A stretch of DNA of 64,000 nucleotides from an uncultured Verrucomicrobiae bacterium (GCA_963801815.1 CAWDGJ010000007.1:64001-128000); one strand, 5' to 3'. Shown: positions 20,719 to 30,542, numbered from the stretch's first letter. Program-made: numbers and translations. Notes: generated by a model not told the origin, from the letters alone.

Positions 20719-22414
20719 CCGGCTGACCGTTCTGCAACAGGGCCTGCTGCAAAAACTCTTGCGCGTCCGGATACGTCGGGTCGAGCGCGAGCGCTTCTTT
20801 ATATTGAGCGATCGCTTTGGGCAGCTGACCCAGTCGATGAAGACCGACCGCAAGATTATAATGAGCCCGCGCGTTCGAGGGTTCGCGGCTGACCACGATT
20901 CGAAAATGCTCCACTGCTTCCCCGACGCGGTCGGCCTTTAGCAGCAGATTGCCGAGATTTGTCTCCGCATCCGGATCTTCGGGCTTCACTTTCAAAGTCA
21001 GTTCGAAATGGCTGATCGCCGCATCAATGTCGCCCTTCTCCATCAAAGCGTAGCCCATTTGGAAATTCGCGTCGGGGTCATTTGGATGCCGGGCCAGCAC
21101 AACATCGAATTGAGCGATCGCATCATCCAGCCGGTGAACTTTGAGCAGGTATTCACCGAGCGCAAAGTGAGCAAAATTGTTTTGAGCGGTCACGGCAATT
21201 GTCCGATTCCACAAACGCTCGGTGTCGCGCCAATAATCGGTTTGAATCCAGGTGCGCCATCCCAGCGCGGCGACAATAACCGGCGCAACTGTTGCAAAGA
21301 TTTCGCGCCGGTAGCGAAACGGCTCGAGAACATCGACAACGCCCCAAACCACCGCGATGTAAAGCCCGATCTGCGACAAGTAAGTGTAACGATCGGCGTG
21401 CGCCTGGCTGCCGACCTGAATCAACCCGATCACCGGGATCAGCATGATGAGATACCAAAGCCAGCCGGTGATGAGATATGGTCTTTCTTTTCGCGTTAGG
21501 ATAGCGACGGAAGTCATCAGAACCAACAAACCGCTCGCGCCTGCAGTCTCCCAAATCGGCAATCGTCCGGGATACGGATAAAATGCCGCGAGATTGATCG
21601 GCCAAAACATTTGCCATATGTAAATAAGATAAGCCGAGGCAGCGTTGGCGATTCGCGATGTGAACGGCAGATACTCCGTGTCCAGGATTCCGTTACGCTG
21701 CGCGATTAATGTCGCGATTGCCGAACCCACTGACAAAACAAAAAGCGGAATTTTTTCAAAGATTAAATTTGCTGTCCTTTGTTCGGCGCCCTCTGCTCTC
21801 CGAAATCTGTTGAGCGGCCAATAATCCAGCACCAGGAGAATCGCCGGAAGCGTAACCAACATCGGTTTCGACAACAAGCCACACGCGAAGAAGATGGACA
21901 TTAAAACATAGCGCACGGTATTCGGTTTGCGCGTGTAGCGGACGTAGGCCAGCAGCGTCAGCATGAAAAATAAACCGCTCAGCACATCCTTGCGTTCCGA
22001 AATCCATGCTACGGATTCGACGTGCAGTGGATGAATCGCGAAGACGGCGGCGACGAAGGCGCTGCGCCAAAAAGCCGCTGTGATTTGTTCGAGCAGCAGA
22101 AAAAGAAGGACGGCGCTCGAACTGTGCAACAGAACATTGACGCAATGATGCGCACCCGGTTTCAACCCGAAAAGCTGGCAATCCAGCATATGGGAAAGCG
22201 TCGTCAGCGGATGCCAGTTTTGGAAGTGAACGTGCGTGAATGCCCAGGTGATATTTTGCCGGCTCAGGCCGGCCTGGACTTGATGGTTCTCACTGACGTA
22301 GCCCGGATCGTCATAATTCACGAACCCGAATCGCAGCGTTTGGCCGAAAACGGTCCAGCTGATCGCAATTAATGCGGCGCAGACAGCGATTTTCGAAAGT
22401 ATTCTCGTCTCCAC
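20687..22414 (-). CDS. TMTC-like GT-C glycosyltransferase with TPRs (tandem paralogue of 18823-20718)
   Basis: FVNYDDPGY, NWHPLTTLSHMLDCQLFG, HPLHVESVAWISERKD, HADRYTYL, TPRs. Confidence 0.87.
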   Translation of the reverse strand: METRILSKIAVCAALIAISWTVFGQTLRFGFVNYDDPGYVSENHQVQAGLSRQNITWAFTHVHFQNWHPLTTLSHMLDCQLFGLKPGAHHCVNVLLHSSSAVLLFLLLEQITAAFWRSAFVAAVFAIHPLHVESVAWISERKDVLSGLFFMLTLLAYVRYTRKPNTVRYVLMSIFFACGLLSKPMLVTLPAILLVLDYWPLNRFRRAEGAEQRTANLIFEKIPLFVLSVGSAIATLIAQRNGILDTEYLPFTSRIANAASAYLIYIWQMFWPINLAAFYPYPGRLPIWETAGASGLLVLMTSVAILTRKERPYLITGWLWYLIMLIPVIGLIQVGSQAHADRYTYLSQIGLYIAVVWGVVDVLEPFRYRREIFATVAPVIVAALGWRTWIQTDYWRDTERLWNRTIAVTAQNNFAHFALGEYLLKVHRLDDAIAQFDVVLARHPNDPDANFQMGYALMEKGDIDAAISHFELTLKVKPEDPDAETNLGNLLLKADRVGEAVEHFRIVVSREPSNARAHYNLAVGLHRLGQLPKAIAQYKEALALDPTYPDAQEFLQQALLQNGQPDESKPDSRKH

Positions 22415-22518
22415 AATTGCGTGGGAATTAAGACCCAGCGGACTTAGGCGCAAACATCTTGTCGATCTGTCGTGGTCTGGAGTTGGCTGTCCGATTATCT
22501 GACGCTAAAATCGCGAGC

Positions 22519-23121
22519 ATGTTCACCGGCCTGATTCAGGAAGTTGCCAAAGTGCTTTCGATTCGCATGACCGACAGCGGTACCCAACTGCAAGTCGCTG
22601 CGCCGCGGCTCGCCGCTGAGGTCACAGTTGGCGACAGCGTGGCTGTGAATGGTTGTTGTCTGACGGTCAGCGCGCGCCACGGGGAACAACTCACATTCGA
22701 TTTGCTCGAGGAGACGCTGGACCGCACGAACCTGAAACAGCTCCGGCGCGACAGCCCGGTAAATCTTGAACGCGCGCTCGTCGCGGGCGCACAACTGGGC
22801 GGCCATTTCGTTCAGGGTCACATCGATTGCAGCTCGAAGGTAATTTCTTTCGAACGAAGCGGGGCAGACCATCGTCTCGAGATCGATTTGCCCGCCGATT
22901 TCGCGCACTACGCGGCTTACAAAGGTTCGGTCGCCATCAACGGCATCAGTCTGACAATCGCGGAGCTCATGCCGAAAAGTTTCGCGGTCTGGATCATTCC
23001 CCACACCAAGCGACACACCAATATTGACAACATCGAGCCCGGCGAACAGGTAAACATTGAGTTCGACATTCTGGCCAAGTACGTCGAACGGATGCTGGCC
23101 CGCTTCGCGCCTCAGGAATAG
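22519..23121 (+). CDS. ribE: Riboflavin synthase (alpha chain)
   Basis: MFTGLI N-terminus, GDSVAVNGCCLTV, GGHFVQGHID, KGSVAINGISLT. Confidence 0.96.
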   Translation: MFTGLIQEVAKVLSIRMTDSGTQLQVAAPRLAAEVTVGDSVAVNGCCLTVSARHGEQLTFDLLEETLDRTNLKQLRRDSPVNLERALVAGAQLGGHFVQGHIDCSSKVISFERSGADHRLEIDLPADFAHYAAYKGSVAINGISLTIAELMPKSFAVWIIPHTKRHTNIDNIEPGEQVNIEFDILAKYVERMLARFAPQE

Positions 23122-23333
23122 CTAGAGCGGGTTTTCCGAACATGATTCAACGCGCTCGGAGAGCGCCGTTCCACCCCTCGTCGCTCTATATATATAGTAC
23201 GCGCTATTTCGTGCCCAGACGAGAAAATGTCGTAATACCGAAGGACCCACGCCACCCAGAGTGAAATGGTCAGCAGAGAGCCGTCGATCACGACCTGCAG
23301 CTGCGTGTTTAATTCCTGTCGTTGCGCGAGCAT
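23112..23333 (-). pseudogene. Probable 5' remnant of a polyprenyl glycosylphosphotransferase (WcaJ-like sugar transferase)
   Basis: MLAQRQELNTQLQVVIDGSLLTISLWVAWVLRYY resembles the first TM helix of this family (from recall), then runs into unrelated-looking sequence. Confidence 0.4.
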
Positions 23334-23385
23334 GCTACAAAGGAGCAGTTAATCGCTCTCCTCTGATTCCGGAACTAACAAGTAT

Positions 23386-24069
23386 ATGACAACGCGGAGA
23401 CGGGTGAAAACAGCGCGGCCTCAACTTGTGGCCGTGATCGCTTCCCCTGCCGATCTCGAGGCGGCGGTTGCAATAAAACAGCCGCCCGACGTTTTCGAGC
23501 TTCGGCTCGATTGTCTTGTGCCGATTACGAATCACCTTGAGAAAAAAATCCTCCGCCTGCGCGCGCCACTTCTGATCACCGCACGGCATCCGCGCGAAGG
23601 CGGCGCGAACAACTTATCGTTCGAAGTGCGACATGATTTGCTCCTGCGATTTCTGCCGCGCGCCAAGTTCATCGACATTGAGTTGCGTTCGGCGGGCAGA
23701 TTCAAATCGCTGCTGGCCCATGCCCAAAACCAAAGGATCCGTAGGATTTTGTCGTATCATAATTTCCAAGCGACACCCTCGTCGCGCAGCCTATGTGCCA
23801 AAGCAAGGCGGGCGAAAGCGATTGGCGCCGATGTCTTAAAAGTCGCGACCCGGACCGACACGCATGCAGCGCTGACACGCCTTGTCGATTTCATCACCAG
23901 GGCGAACCCGGACATTCCAGTAAGTGCAATGGGCATCGGGAGACTCGGCGCGATTTCGCGCCTGCTGCTGGCGCGATGCGGTTCCGCATTGAACTACGCC
24001 GCACTTGCACAGCCAAGCGTCGAAGGACAAATGTCGATCGACGTGTTGCGTTCCGCATTGCCGCATTGA
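23386..24069 (+). CDS. aroD: Type I 3-dehydroquinate dehydratase
   Basis: ELRLD, ITARHPREGG, IDIEL, LSYHNF, DVLKVA, AMGIG…SRL, EGQ. Confidence 0.9.
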   Translation: MTTRRRVKTARPQLVAVIASPADLEAAVAIKQPPDVFELRLDCLVPITNHLEKKILRLRAPLLITARHPREGGANNLSFEVRHDLLLRFLPRAKFIDIELRSAGRFKSLLAHAQNQRIRRILSYHNFQATPSSRSLCAKARRAKAIGADVLKVATRTDTHAALTRLVDFITRANPDIPVSAMGIGRLGAISRLLLARCGSALNYAALAQPSVEGQMSIDVLRSALPH

Positions 24070-24085
24070 ATTGTTAATTCGAGGG

Positions 24086-24718
24086 ATGGAAGACGGGGCA
24101 ATAACTCTACCCGACGAAATACCGGTTATGCCACTTCCGGGCGCGGTCCTTTTTCCGCATGCGTTGCTGCCGCTTTACATTTTCGAGCCGCGCTACCGCG
24201 AAATGCTTGAACACGCGCTCCAACGCGACCGCATGTTCAGCGTCACGTTGATCAAACCCAGTTGCCCAGAATGGCACGCGCCAGAAGATTTTTTCCATTT
24301 CGCAACCGTCGGACTCATCCGCGCTTGCGTTGGCCGCGGCGACGGTACTTCCAATCTCGTGCTTCAGGGTTTGCATCGCGTGCATTTCACCAGCTTTGAA
24401 CAGGAAGCACCGTTCCCGGTCGCCAAGATCGATATTGTCGAATCCGACAACAACGCGACCGTCGAAACCGAAGCACTCGGCGAAAAAGTCGTTGAGCTTT
24501 ATCGAAAACTAAAACGCGACGACCGTCAGCTACCGCCAAAGATTGATCGCTATCTCACGCAGCTCGGCGATCTCGAAATGCTCGCGGATTTAGTTGCCTC
24601 AACGTTCGTTGACGATCCGCTCCGCCGTCAGCGCATGCTCGAAGAATCGTCGGTGAACCAACGTCTCCGTTTGCTCATCACTTTTCTGCAAGACGAAATC
24701 GGCAGCGCCGCGGCCTGA
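24086..24718 (+). CDS. Lon peptidase N-terminal substrate-binding domain protein
   Basis: IPVMPLPGAVLFP…PLYIFEPRYREML. Confidence 0.9.
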   Translation: MEDGAITLPDEIPVMPLPGAVLFPHALLPLYIFEPRYREMLEHALQRDRMFSVTLIKPSCPEWHAPEDFFHFATVGLIRACVGRGDGTSNLVLQGLHRVHFTSFEQEAPFPVAKIDIVESDNNATVETEALGEKVVELYRKLKRDDRQLPPKIDRYLTQLGDLEMLADLVASTFVDDPLRRQRMLEESSVNQRLRLLITFLQDEIGSAAA

Positions 24719-24783
24719 TTCAGTTTCGGTTTGTTGTCAGAGCATCGCTGTGCCTAATCTAACGGCCACACTTATCGATTCCT

Positions 24784-25260
24784 ATGTCGCTCGAACAATG
24801 GTCCAGTCTCGCGCAAATTATTGCTTCGGTTGGCGTGATTGTGTCTCTGATCTTTGTCGGTCTGCAGATCAAACACAACACGGGCGCGCTCCAGCGCGAC
24901 GAACACAACTCCACCATGGCGCAATGGACGGTAATCCGTCAGGCCATCGCCGGAAACCGCGACATTGCCGAGCTCATGACCGCTGGGCTTCATGGAGGGC
25001 GCGAACTGGATGCGGCCGATCAGTTGAGATTGGAGCAGATGCTGCAGGAACACGCCTGGGCATCCTTCCACATTTGGGAGAGAACGCAGCGCGGCATTTT
25101 TCCAAAAGGAACTTTTGAATTAACCGCCGGACCACTCCTGTACACTTTGTTAAAGACGCCGCGCGGCGCGGCTTGGTGGCGCGGCGCGAAGAGTAATGGC
25201 TTCATTCCGGCGTTCGTTTCAGACGTCGACGCCGTGCTCGTTAAGACTAGCCGCGGCTAA
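24784..25260 (+). CDS. Hypothetical protein with an N-terminal TM helix (cassette-like accessory gene)
   Basis: 158-aa ORF, IIASVGVIVSLIFVGLQIKHNT. Confidence 0.75.
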   Translation: MSLEQWSSLAQIIASVGVIVSLIFVGLQIKHNTGALQRDEHNSTMAQWTVIRQAIAGNRDIAELMTAGLHGGRELDAADQLRLEQMLQEHAWASFHIWERTQRGIFPKGTFELTAGPLLYTLLKTPRGAAWWRGAKSNGFIPAFVSDVDAVLVKTSRG

Positions 25261-25476
25261 CCGCAGCTCACTAATTCTCGCTAGACGTTGCTTATTCGTG
25301 CGAATGGTTGCCCGATAATCGCGACCGGAACTTCGTGGCGCTACTTCGAGAGCTTAGCGGCTTCCTTCGCTATCCATTTCGGAATTCCCAACTATTTTAG
25401 CCGTGTTCGCAAGACCTATTCGTTAGGGGGCGACGTTTAGCAGTCTCGCCGCCAAGCGCGGTCTAACTATTTCTCG

Positions 25477-26619
25477 CTAGGTCCGAGCCGGAAACGCCAG
25501 CTTATCGCCGGTGATCCGCACGTATTCTTCCATCAAATAGCGATCGGTCATTCCAGCGACGTAATCGCAGACAGTGCGATGCAATCCTTCCTGCTCGAGC
25601 CGGCGTGTTGCCAGATCGCCGAGCTGCTTTGGATTGGCGATGTAACTTTCGAAAACTTTCTTTAACATCTCGCACGCGCGGCGATTCACTTGCGCCACCC
25701 GCGGATGGTAATAAACATTCGCGTAAAGAAATTTCCGGAGCGCGCCGTTCGCTTTGCGCAGATCGTCGCTGTAATGAATCAGCTCTGCTGATTGCTTGCG
25801 CACGTCGTCGGAGTTTTTAGGATTCGCTTTTAAGATCGATGCCGAGCTCGCGGTCACCACGTCCTGGACCTGCACGTCGATAATGTTTCGAATGATTAGT
25901 TTGTGCAGCTCCGGCTCGCGCACGTCGGGATAATGCGATAGCACGTCGTGATGGCTGCGCTTCCAAACGTCGTTCTGGCTTAATTGCGCTGCGGTCAAAA
26001 TTTCAAAATCGACCGCATCGTCGAGATCGTGACTGTAATATGTGATCTCGTCCGCCAAATCGGCAATCTGCGCTTCGAGCGTTGGAAATCCGATTCCGTC
26101 TTCGTGCTTCCGCAATCCTTCGCGCACTTCGAACGTCAGATTCAGTCCCGGAAAATCCGGATACGCGTTCTCGAGCAGCTCGACCACGCGTAAACTTTGC
26201 TTGTTGTGCTCGAACCCGCCGTGATCGCGCATGCATTCGGCCAGAACTTCTTCGCCCGAATGTCCGAACGGCGTGTGGCCGAGATCGTGCGCCAGCGCGA
26301 TCGCTTCCGCCAGATCTTCGTTGAGCGCCAGCGCACGCGCAATTGTGCGGCTGATCGACGCGACCTCGATCGAATGCGTCAGCCGCGTCCGCAAATGGTC
26401 GCCGGTGCCGTTGAGAAAAACCTGGGTCTTGTATTCGAGCCGGCGGAACGCGCGCGAATGAATGATCCGCGCACGATCGCGCTGAAACTCGGTGCGGTAA
26501 GCGTGGCTTTGCTCCGGAAATTTTCGGCCACGCGATTCGCCGGACTTTTGCGCGAACGGCGCAAGCGTCGCGCGCTCGGTTGCCTCCATCTCGACGCGCG
26601 TTTTCCAGCCACCCTTCAC
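25477..26619 (-). CDS. dgt: Deoxyguanosinetriphosphate triphosphohydrolase
   Basis: FQRDRARIIHSRAFRRLEYKTQVF, RTRLTHS, AHDLGHTPFGHSGE, DYVAGMTD; GTGA overlap with the upstream gene. Confidence 0.95.
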   Translation of the reverse strand: MKGGWKTRVEMEATERATLAPFAQKSGESRGRKFPEQSHAYRTEFQRDRARIIHSRAFRRLEYKTQVFLNGTGDHLRTRLTHSIEVASISRTIARALALNEDLAEAIALAHDLGHTPFGHSGEEVLAECMRDHGGFEHNKQSLRVVELLENAYPDFPGLNLTFEVREGLRKHEDGIGFPTLEAQIADLADEITYYSHDLDDAVDFEILTAAQLSQNDVWKRSHHDVLSHYPDVREPELHKLIIRNIIDVQVQDVVTASSASILKANPKNSDDVRKQSAELIHYSDDLRKANGALRKFLYANVYYHPRVAQVNRRACEMLKKVFESYIANPKQLGDLATRRLEQEGLHRTVCDYVAGMTDRYLMEEYVRITGDKLAFPART

Positions 26620-26954
26620 TTGTTCCGTGATTTCGTTTCCAACTTCTCCTGCAACGCTCTCTGCGCGCGGCGCGCTTCCAATCGCATCATCAGCAAATCG
26701 AAAATCGCCAGTAGCATCGCTGTAAACGTCAGCCAGACGCAGGCGATCCAGAATAAAATCACAAACCACGGATGCTCTCGCGGATTCATCGTCGATTGGA
26801 AAACCGTGAATCCCGCCAACAGCATCAACAGGGCCAGCCCGAGCAGAACCACCATCGTTTTCCGGCGGGTCCGTTGATCGCGGATCACGCCGCGCGTCGC
26901 GTGTACGATGAACGACGCCGTCTCCAAGTGTTTTTCCTCAGGCAAATCTTCCAT
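26616..26954 (-). CDS. Small two-TM membrane protein
   Basis: Two hydrophobic helices; its stop overlaps the dgt start. Confidence 0.75.
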   Translation of the reverse strand: MEDLPEEKHLETASFIVHATRGVIRDQRTRRKTMVVLLGLALLMLLAGFTVFQSTMNPREHPWFVILFWIACVWLTFTAMLLAIFDLLMMRLEARRAQRALQEKLETKSRNK

Positions 26955-27047
26955 CAGCAGCGTTGGCACACTTCCTTTAAATTCCGAACAAAACAAATAC
27001 GCCAACTTTGCGGCGAAGCACTGAACGGTAGTGAATGCGCCTTGAGG

Positions 27048-27659
27048 ATGCGGGCCTCAAGAAAGCCGGCAAAGTCAAAGCCTCCGGCCCTCACCGCTGG
27101 TGCCCGCAACGAAACCGCGCACTCGATGTTAACTTCGAGGCGAATCGGCTTCTCAGCGGCCCGTCGAACTGCTTTGATACCGGCAGTGAAAAAACCGAAA
27201 TCCAAACCGCCTACCGCGCGGAACAAGCCGGTGCCGAAGAAAGTCGAACGCAAAGTTTCCCAGCCAAAGGCGGCATTGCGCAGCGAAGCGTTCGCCCGCG
27301 CGCTGGCCGATGCCCAGACGCACTTCGACGATCCCGAACGTTTGCGTGAGCTCTTCGAGGAAGCGGCGCGAAAGGCCGCCGCCGTTCCAAAGGAGCCCTT
27401 CGATGATTCGTGGCCATACGTTCAAGCGATGCTGCGTTTGATTCGCGCCTATTTTCGCGGCGAATATCGCAACGTTTCGCAGGAAGGACTGTTGTGGATC
27501 GTCACCGCCATGAATTATTTCGTCGATCCGTTCGATCTCATTCCGGACGAAGTCCCGTTTCTCGGTTTTGTCGATGACGCCACAGTCATGTCATTCGCGG
27601 TGGCACGCACCCGCGGGACGCTCGACGACTTCATGACCTGGGAAATAAGCGCGTTTTGA
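27048..27659 (+). CDS. YkvA/DUF1232 family protein with a basic N-terminal extension
   Basis: YFVDPFDLIPDEVPFLGFVDDA. Start position uncertain. Confidence 0.85.
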   Translation: MRASRKPAKSKPPALTAGARNETAHSMLTSRRIGFSAARRTALIPAVKKPKSKPPTARNKPVPKKVERKVSQPKAALRSEAFARALADAQTHFDDPERLRELFEEAARKAAAVPKEPFDDSWPYVQAMLRLIRAYFRGEYRNVSQEGLLWIVTAMNYFVDPFDLIPDEVPFLGFVDDATVMSFAVARTRGTLDDFMTWEISAF

Positions 27660-27694
27660 CTCCACCGATTGCCTGGGAATAATTTGGGACAGTC

Positions 27695-28132
27695 GTGAAA
27701 CGGAAACGAAAGGCGTGGCCAACGGATCCAAGGCGTAATCGCTTTTTCGCTGCAGTGCTGAATCGGGCGAAATGGTTCGCGAAAAATCCAAAGGCATTGC
27801 GCGAGTTGTTTCAAAAAGCAGCGCGCAAAACCGAGTCGATTCCGAAGGCGCCATTTGCGGACATGTGGGGCCAACTCCAAGCGATGTTGCGCTTGATCCG
27901 CGCCTATTATCACGGGCAGTACCGGGACGTTAAAATCGCAAACCTTGTCTTGATCATCAGCGCGATAATTTACGTGCTCGATCCGTGGGATTTGATTCCA
28001 GATTGGATTCCCGGACTCGGTTTTGTCGACGACGCGACAGTTCTGGCCTTTGCCATTCAGAAAACCCGCGAGACGCTCGACGATTTCACGACCTGGGAAA
28101 CGAGTGCGCCGCAAGGCGCCGATGTTGGGTAG
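27695..28132 (+). CDS. YkvA/DUF1232 family protein (tandem paralogue)
   Basis: YVLDPWDLIPDWIPGLGFVDDA. Confidence 0.88.
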   Translation: MKRKRKAWPTDPRRNRFFAAVLNRAKWFAKNPKALRELFQKAARKTESIPKAPFADMWGQLQAMLRLIRAYYHGQYRDVKIANLVLIISAIIYVLDPWDLIPDWIPGLGFVDDATVLAFAIQKTRETLDDFTTWETSAPQGADVG

Positions 28133-28193
28133 CGCACGCTTCGCACGCGGCGTTTCAACCTGCAACACTCAAGAGACGCGCGCTACCAAACAT
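28122..28193. repeat. GTAG-type REP-like inverted repeat
   Basis: ATGTTGGGTAGCGCACGC … GACGCGCGCTACCAAACAT arms. Confidence 0.65.
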
Positions 28194-28198
28194 ATTAG

Positions 28199-29512
28199 CT
28201 AAACCAATAGCAAAGCGGGGTTTTCGAGAAGGTGGCGGAGTTCTTTCAAATACTCGGCGCCGAGCGCGCCATCGATCACGCGGTGATCGCAGCTCATGGT
28301 GATCGACATTCGCTGGCCGACGACGATTTGATCGGAATCGTCGACCACTGGCACTTTGTTTACCTTGCCGACGGCGAGAATGAATCCCTGCGGCGGATTG
28401 ATTACTGCGCTGAACGAGTCGATCCCCATTCCGCCGAGATTCGAAACGGTAAATGAGCCGCCGTGAAATTCCTCCGGTTTCATTCGCTTGTTGCGCGCGC
28501 GATTGGCCAGATCTTTTACCGCTTCGCTGATTTCGCGAAGCGATTTGTTTTGCGCGCCGCGAATCACCGGGGTGAGCAATCCATCGTCAATCGCGACCGC
28601 GACTCCAAGATCGACATCGGCGTACTGAACAATCGCGTCGCCATCGAATGACGCGTTCACCCGCGGAACTTTGACCGCCGCCATGACGGCTGCTTTCAAA
28701 ACGAAATCGTTCACCGTGATTTTGGCGGCGTCGCTTTGTTCGCCGGCCGATTTCAACTCTTCGCGTGCCGCCATCAACGGCGCGGCGTTGATCTCGATCG
28801 TGAGATAAAAATGCGGAACCGGTCCGAGGCTTTGCACAAGGCGTTCGGCGATGCCTTTGCGCATTCCGGAAAGCTGAATTCGCGAGCTCCCTTTCTGTGG
28901 CGCCGGCCTTCCTGCCTGCTCTTTCTTTGCAGGCGAGACGCCCGCCTCCACAGATTTAGTTTTCGATGCCCCGCGAACGTCTGATTCGGTAACGCGACCT
29001 TCCGGACCTGTTCCGTCGAACGCTCGAAAGATCGACACCAAGCTCAGCGGCAACGCGCCGCGCGACCGGCGAGGCTTTCACACGTGCTTCATCGTGTAGT
29101 GGCGGCCGTCCCGGCCGCTCCTCTGCAGCTTCTACAGTGGCTTTCTTTGCCTGAGGCGGGGCGGTTTCTTTTCCCTTCGCTTTCGCCGGTGCGGGTTTTT
29201 CAGTCTCAGTCTGCGGTTTCTCTTCCTTTTTCTGTTCCCTTTTCGGTTTCTCTTCTTTCTTGGGCGCTTCTTCGCCTTCGCTCGCCAATGAACGCGATCT
29301 TGTCGCCAACATTTACCTTCTCCGCCTTCTTTGACGTAGATCTCGGTCAGCGTGCCGTCCTCGGGCGACTCCCATTCCATCGTCGCCTTGTCCGTTTCGA
29401 TCTCGGCGATGACTTCACCGGCCGAAACTTTGTCGCCCTTCTTCTTTTTCCACGACACGAGCGTTCCCTCGATCATCGTGTCGCTCAGTTTGGGCATTTG
29501 AATCTCAGGCAT
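28199..29512 (-). CDS. pdhC: Pyruvate dehydrogenase E2 dihydrolipoamide acetyltransferase (indels near 29320, 29280 and 29020)
   Basis: Lipoyl domain EIETDKATME, E3-binding KASPVARR…GTGPEGRV, catalytic SCDHRVIDG, spread over three reading frames. Confidence 0.93.
28894..28954. repeat. REP-like palindromic element inside the pdhC inner linker
   Basis: TCTGTGG…CCACAGA termini; internal GCAGGCGAGACGCCCGC hairpin; translated in frame as SVEAGVSPAKKEQAGRPAPQK. Confidence 0.7.
29095..29136. repeat. GTAG-type REP-like element inside the pdhC outer linker
   Basis: TGTAG…CTACA termini; GCGGCCG-tcc-CGGCCGC hairpin; translated in frame as VEAAEERPGRPPLH. Confidence 0.65.
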
Positions 29513-29557
29513 ATCAAGCAGTGACGGGTGATACGTGACGAGCGATCGGAGAAAAAC

Positions 29558-30542
29558 TCATGCGTAGCAGACTTTCTTCACCGCGGAGATCAGCTTGTCG
29601 GCGTTCGGCAGAACGAATTTTTCGAGGTTCTCGTTGTAAGGCATCGGCACGTCCTCTTGAGAAACGCGCATGATCGGCGCGTCGAGCTCATCAAAAATAT
29701 TTTTCTGGATCCGATAACAAACTTCCGCGCCGACGCCACAGAAGGGACGGTCCTGTTCGACAATCACTACCCGATGCGTTTTGGCGACTGATTTGTAAAT
29801 CGCCTGCTCGTCCAGCGGTTTGATCGAGCGGAGATCGACAATCTCAGCGGAAATGTCTTCCTCTTCGAGCTGCGCGGCCACGTTGAGCGCGAGCGGAACC
29901 GTTTGCGCGTAACAAATGATCGAGACATCGCTGCCTTCGCGTTTCACTTCGGCCTGGCCGAGCGGAATCAAGAGTTCCTCGTCGGGCGGTTCGACCATTC
30001 CTTTCGAGCTGTAGAGAAGCTCGGCTTCGAGAACGAGCACGGGATTATCGTCGCGCACCGCGGTTTTTAGCAATCCTTTGGCATCGCGCGGTGTCGCCGG
30101 GGTGCAAACTTTCAGACCCGGGCACGCTCGCGTAAAAGTTTTCGGTGGCGTGCGAATGCGTGGCGGCGAGCTGATGAGCCGGCCCGTTCGGCCCGCGAAA
30201 AGTGATCGGAATATTGAATTGGCCGCCTGACATCATGAACATGTTGGGTGCGTTGTTGACGACCTGATCGAACGCGACCAGTGAAAAACTCCAGGTCATG
30301 AATTCGATGATCGGTCGCAAGCCGGCCATGGCGGCGCCTACGCCGAGTCCGGCAAATCCGTTTTCGCTGATTGGCGTGTCGATGATTCGCTTCGGGCCAA
30401 AGCGTTCGAGCAAGCCCTGGCTGACTTTGTAAGCGCCTTGATACTCCGCGACTTCCTCGCCCATGAGGAAAACGTTCGGGTCACGCTCAAGCTCCTCGGC
30501 CAGCGCTTCATTCAGCGCCTGGCGATAAGTAATTTCCCTCAC
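29558..30542 (-). CDS. pdhB: Pyruvate dehydrogenase E1 beta subunit (one indel near 30120)
   Basis: [28 protein letters not shown]; continues in a second frame with DLRSIKPLD. Confidence 0.95.

Noticed and set aside
28199..30542. pdhB/pdhC (and cysS, gcvT, rodA) as pseudogenes or programmed frameshifts
   Set aside because: These are essential or core genes with intact motifs, and the indels are scattered with no consistent slippery site.
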